Part shown: piece after piece, positions 58,800 to 64,000 of the stretch
How positions within the stretch are numbered: position 1 is the stretch's first letter
Layout of the letters: every line of letters begins with the position of its first letter
NCBI RefSeq assembly: GCF_004010195.1
Contig: NC_057751.1
Span: 12,726,908-12,790,907 of the forward strand
Length of the DNA stretch: 64,000 nucleotides
Direction of reading: 5' to 3'
Source of the DNA: Chiloscyllium plagiosum
Taxonomy: Eukaryota
Made by a program: the position numbers and the translations under genes
The notes under the pieces: model-generated
Told to the model about the DNA's origin: nothing
What the model saw: only the letters and a program-made list of their open reading frames with translations
Database searches by the model: none

Positions 58800-59400
58800 C
58801 CACATTCTCAGGCAAATCTGTCTGAAATTGCTGATGTTGAGAAAGACTTGGGGTACGCTAGTACAAAGGTTGCAGAAGGTCAGAAAACAGGAGGGACAGC
58901 ACATGGTTGATTGGCCTTTATAGGAATGGGAAATCCTACTATAGTGTAAAGCTTCAGTTAGTCCATACCTGGAGTACTGTGCACACCTTTGCTCCCCATT
59001 ATCTAGCGGAGGATTATGTTTGCCTTACCAAGAGTTCACAAGATTGGCTCCCATGATCAGGAGGTTCCCCTGTGATGAAACCGGAGTTTCTCTGGAAGTT
59101 AGAGAAATGAGAGGTGATCTCGTTCTGCAAGATTCTGAAGAGACTCGAGAGGATAGACATGGTTTACTCCCAGCTGAGGAATCTGGAACATGGGCTGTGG
59201 GGGTGGTGGGAGGGGCTTTTGGGAGCACAGTCTCAGGATAAGGGGCCGATCCTTCAGGATTGTGATAAGGAGAAATGAAACTTGAGTTTGCTAACACAAA
59301 GGGCTGTGCATGCTCTATCGTAGGATCATTCAAAGCAGAGAGCTTGCATGGAGATGAAGGGCCCAATGGCCTCCTTCTGTGTTGTAACCATTATCTGGTA
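58800..59400 (+). mobile_element. Old CR1 remnant
   Basis: YLEYCAHLCSP, EFTRLAP, MRGDLV motifs. Confidence 0.6.
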
Positions 59401-62400
59401 TCTGGGATAGATTCAACATACACAAAAACAAAGGGATCAGAGAGAAGGGAAATCGGTTGCAAAGATGACTTAAGATAAAAGCTCAGTCATGGTTATATTG
59501 AAAGCCAAATCTCAGGGATGTTTGGTCTACTGGCGCTCTTTTCCTTAAGATCTCAGAGGGACACAGAAGTATGATGGGATGAGGTAATTAGGTGGGCCTC
59601 AAGTGGAGTGTGACTCTACAGTAATGATGTAAATATGGCAAAAAGGCCAAGGGATCACCTTACCTCAACTTGACTTTTGAGAATTTGCATTCACTAAACA
59701 AATGAAGTAAAGTCACATGTTGGTTTTCCTAACTGAGTGAATTGATACTCTTTGTAAACCTGAATTCTTGCCATTTTGTCCTATTAAGACAGAGGAGCAG
59801 AATTAGGCCATTCTGCCCATTGAGTTTGCTCCGCCATTTCTGCATTTCAACAATTGTTATGTTTCACCAATTTCCATGCCTCACCCCTTCTCTGTGTGCT
59901 GGTAATTCTGTCAAATATATCCATTAAATGCATTAGAAATTTACCCTAAACTACAATTGTGCCAAGAGAGCAAAGGTTTCGCAATTTTCTAATATTCCAA
60001 CTCTTGACTTCACAGGGCAATGACAGGGAAAGCTTATTAGCTGAAGAGAAAGCTCATACACAGAGTCAAAGCAGTAAGTTGAGCCTCCCTCAGCAGTCCA
60101 TGATAATAACAATTGATCCACTTGAAGCTATCTCCAAGCCACAGTGGCACAGGAGAAAACCCAACATATTTGTGGGCATTTACCTAGAAGTAAGAGGATA
60201 GAGAGGCAAATATTTCCTCTTTTTTGTCCCAGTAGGACTTTGTGAACTTTGTAACTTATAGATGTATAAAGATGACTAGAACAGTCTGAGCAAGTTTGAA
60301 GAATGGAAGGAGCTTGTATGTGTCATTCAGCCCTGCATAAGCGGTAGATGGAGCAAGAAATAATGGAGTTCAAACGTGCGCTCAAGTAAATGTTGTCATA
60401 CAAAGAGGTGCAGGTGACAAGAGTGGTCAGAACATTTCAAAACCGAGAAGCATGGAGTGAATTCATTAGCCCGTTTGTTGTTGTTAAGCTGATGAATGGA
60501 ATTTCAAAGTATAATCTTGTGTGCGAGTGCTCGTAATAAAAAGAAATGTCATCCTTGGGAGAGTTTTAATGCAACAAACTTTGTAAAGAGTTTAACAGGT
60601 TATCTTTGAATAACATTTGACATCAAAGAATGAAAGGTGAAATAAGTCATTTTTGAGGAGCAACTAAAGGAGGAAATAGACATTGAGAGCTAGAGAGATT
60701 TACGCAGAGAATTTCTGAACTAAGAGCCTAGAGAGCTGCATATAGATTAGTGCAGAGATCCTGCAATAAATCTCGTTCAACAGCAATGACTGCTGTTGCA
60801 GCTCAGTGTCACACTAGTTTGACGTTGTGTGAGGATAGATCTTTTGGCCTCATATGACTTAATCAATTTCTATCCAACTAGTACTACATTGGTGAAATCT
60901 CCATCTCCAAATTAAATAATGAATGGAAATGTTTTGGCATTAATTTTGAGTGCTCTTTTGCACTGTCTAAAAAGAATATCAGACAATTCAAAGCGCTGAC
61001 AATTTTGGAAATGGTTCCAGAATTGCTCATTTGGACTGGGAACTGTTATTTGGGATAAGATGGTGCCTGTAGCGCATATTAAGTAGAAATGCATATTAAC
61101 TCTGGCAGTGTCTACAAAATATATGACATATTACTACTTTAATGGACCCTTTGTGAGAAAGTAAAGTTTATTTCTGTGCATATGTGCGTGTGTGTATGGG
61201 TTGTTTTCATGTATGTGCCTGCATATATTTCTACATCGATGCATGTAAATGTATATTTGTGAACAATCGATTTCAGCAAGACCAGGCTCAGCTGTGTGTC
61301 CTTCACATAATTTACCTAAGCTCAGATGTGAGTAAATGTAGAAGACCATCAACTCAGTGAAAAACACTCTTTGGTCTACCCGAAACGTATTGCTCTTCCA
61401 GTGAAAAGAGTTGATTTTGACTGAGTGTTGCAGACTGGCAAATTCCAAGGACCAGGATGATGTGCTGAGGGACATACTAAAGTATGGAACAGCTACTGCC
61501 AAGGCACAGTGGGAAAGGTCATCATCTTAGGTCTTCCTGCCAAAGTATATCGAGGGTCAGCGCAGTTGTCAGATCATCATGTTGTTTCAAACTGAGCATA
61601 AATAGTTCCTTGCAGGAATAGGAAATTCCTTTGCTTTGCAACTGCAGGGAAACTCTGAGCAATGTTAAATTCCAATGTGGCATTTGTTTTTGTTCTGCAA
61701 AGACAGTATGGAATTGCTTTGGGACATTTGTTACATTTTATTTTGAATAAAATATATTTTTGTAATTAAAATGTGTGAAATCATGATGGCTACCAGTCTC
61801 GATGGATGTACTTTAGTAAAGGTCAGCTGTTCAAGTAAAGCAGGGATGGCGATAAATTATCTTTGAAGAGTGCTGTCAGTTTTGTGAACAATTATCATTA
61901 GGGGCAGGGAATGGTGTCAGTATTGGTGGGGTAGAAATTATTTTCAGTATCAAAGGAAAGGTGACATCAATGTCTTATGCATTCTCCAGCCTGGTTGGAA
62001 CTCCTGCCTTGCTGAGCGAATTTAATCAGCTCAACAGAATGTTGAGAATTGATGAATGTGCCAAGGAGGACTTTGAAATGTCATCAAATCAGCATCAAAG
62101 CTGGTCAAGTATTGGAGCAGTCAATGCCAACTGAGCTTACATTGTAATACATAACGCTGTCTCTGTACCACAAAAAACTTACACTCCAGAACACCTTCAG
62201 GCTGAAACCTGATAAGGAAAAAAGGGTGAAGGCTTGTTGACAGCCATGCAATGCCAAGTTCCTTACTCATAGGTCTCTGACGAGCCTCACAGTTACCTTC
62301 CTATACAAATAAGTGCATGTTATTTGTATTTCTGTGGGTTGAATGTAATTTGAAGTGCTGGTGGAGTCATTCTTAAAATCATCCAGCCAGCTGGTGTGAA

Positions 62401-62799
62401 GCAATTTGATGAGGTGCATACTGAACACCACACAAACTACAAATTAAATGTTTCTCAATATTCCCAGACCATCTGTCAAATCTGGGCACTTCTCTCCTGT
62501 TTATTGCTTGCCTAACAACACTTTACTATCTCCCATGTGAGTCCACACACTGGTTACTGGTGAGCTATTCCACTTTACCACCACACCCAGTGTTACCATT
62601 GTTGCACATTGAAGCTTCCACATCTTGAAGAAATATTATAAAGAGGAAGCCATTCAATGCCCTCCATCAAGCAATGATCCTTGAAATGAAAGGGGGAAAT
62701 GTGTTCACACGCAGCTTCCTTCAAGCTTGGATGATGCCTGGAGTCTGTGCGTGCCCAGGAGGCTGAGTTGGATTGTACTGTCAGCTTCCAGTAAGATCA

Positions 62800-63505
62800 C
62801 ATCTGATCTGTGCTGTTGCTGTACCTGTGAATGCTTGCTTCACAGTCCTTGATATCTTCACCTGATAGAAATTTACTGATCTTAGTCCTGAAAGTTCCAA
62901 TTGACTCCATCGCCTTTTGACTTGGCTATTACAAGCATTCCTGGCCGGCATCCCATTGGCACCCTCCATGAATTTGAGACTATCCAAAACTCTGCTGCTC
63001 ATATTCCACCTCACAGCAACCTACGTTCATTCATTAGATTGCAGTCACGAAGTGCACTGATCTCCAGTGCAGCAAAACCTTAATTTTAAAATTATCATTC
63101 CTCTTTTTCACCACTCTTTGCGATCTTGCACCCCCACTTTTCCTCTGTCATCTCCTCCAGAAACACAACCTTCAATATATCTGTGCTCCAATTCAGCTCT
63201 CCAGAGCACACCCAGTTTTAAGTGCTCCAACATTGTGACTACGTCTTCAGTTGCCAAGGTATGAGTCTCTGCAATCTCCTTCCAAAACCTTTCCTCAAAT
63301 TTACCTTCTTTTCTTGTGAGAATTTTCTCAAAGGTTTCCTTTAAATTGCCTCTTTGACCAAGCCTTGAATCATCTCAGTCTCTATGACTCTGTATCTGCC
63401 CTCATATCTCCTTATGTGGCTTGAAGAGAGATATTTATTTGACTGTCTTTGGCAGCTTTATTACATCAATAGCATTCTATGACTGCAAACAATTGTTGGT
63501 GTTGT
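62800..63505 (+). mobile_element. L2 LINE 3' remnant
   Basis: LHEFETIQNSAAHI and NFKIIIPLF motifs, CCTCTTTGACCAAGC, L2-type tail. Confidence 0.7.
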
Positions 63506-64000
63506 TAAGGTGATGCCTCCTCATTATTTTCCCAATTTCTATGCTACCCAATTCTTTGAATAATTTTAACACCTCACTCAGGTTATCCCTTAGTCCTCTA
63601 AAAGAATAGAATTCAAGTCTAGACTATGCACCCTGGTTGCACAATGTAAATGAACCCCGATAGCATTGTGGTGAATCTGCACGGCCCTTCATTCAAACCT
63701 AGTACAACCTTCCTGACTGCAGTTCCTACCCTTTGTGTTAATGCACAGGATCCTGGCAGACATTTCTCTTCCTGGATCTGTAAGAGTATTGGGGCAGTGG
63801 AGGAGATGTGTAGTAGTTAGGACATGTTACATGTCATGGGCTCCAGTGTGGGAAGGTAGTCATCTCGACTCAAAACATTAACTGGCTTTCTGTCCATGGA
63901 TGCTGCCTGACCCACTGCGATCTCCAGCACTTCCTGTTTTCGGTGATGATTTTTGGGGCTTGCAGAGGCTCTGCTCTTGCTTTGTTCATGTCCAATAGCT

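Noticed and set aside
57500..64000. TACR1 exon 1
   Set aside because: No TM1-TM3 coding sequence found; the region is intronic with L2/CR1/Penelope remnants.

Overview
Eukaryotic, repeat-rich genomic DNA, most likely from a cartilaginous fish (shark). This is inferred from HE1/V-SINE-like and Deu-type SINEs, CR1/L2 LINEs and Penelope-like elements. Two intron-containing genes converge tail to tail. (1) + strand, ~2.0-23.8 kb: a type I membrane receptor of the group-B SRCR (CD163/WC1/SCART) family, reconstructed here from splice sites. It has a tentative signal exon, a 33-nt mini-exon, 7 single-exon SRCR domains, a PST stalk, a TM exon and 4 cytoplasmic exons, giving ~946 aa if the tentative first exon is right; all introns are phase 1. 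The tail carries WC1-like YEEI and NYDDI motifs, the TM contains a Glu, and SRCR2 is a shortened domain missing the whole C5-C6 loop. (2) - strand, 39.5-57.5 kb: exons 2-5 of tachykinin receptor 1 (TACR1/NK1R); exon 1 was not found and is presumably beyond the window end. Non-coding highlights: a near-perfect 257-bp inverted duplication in an SRCR intron whose only two mismatches are A.C pairs in UAG context, inverted SINEs bracketing the mini-SRCR exon, a minimal hammerhead ribozyme core in a Penelope-type terminal repeat, and an RFX X-box/CCAAT cluster plus divergent CTCF-like sites between the two genes. There is a 708-N assembly gap at 24485-25192. All coordinates were read by hand, repeat boundaries are approximate, and comparisons to mammalian proteins are from memory.
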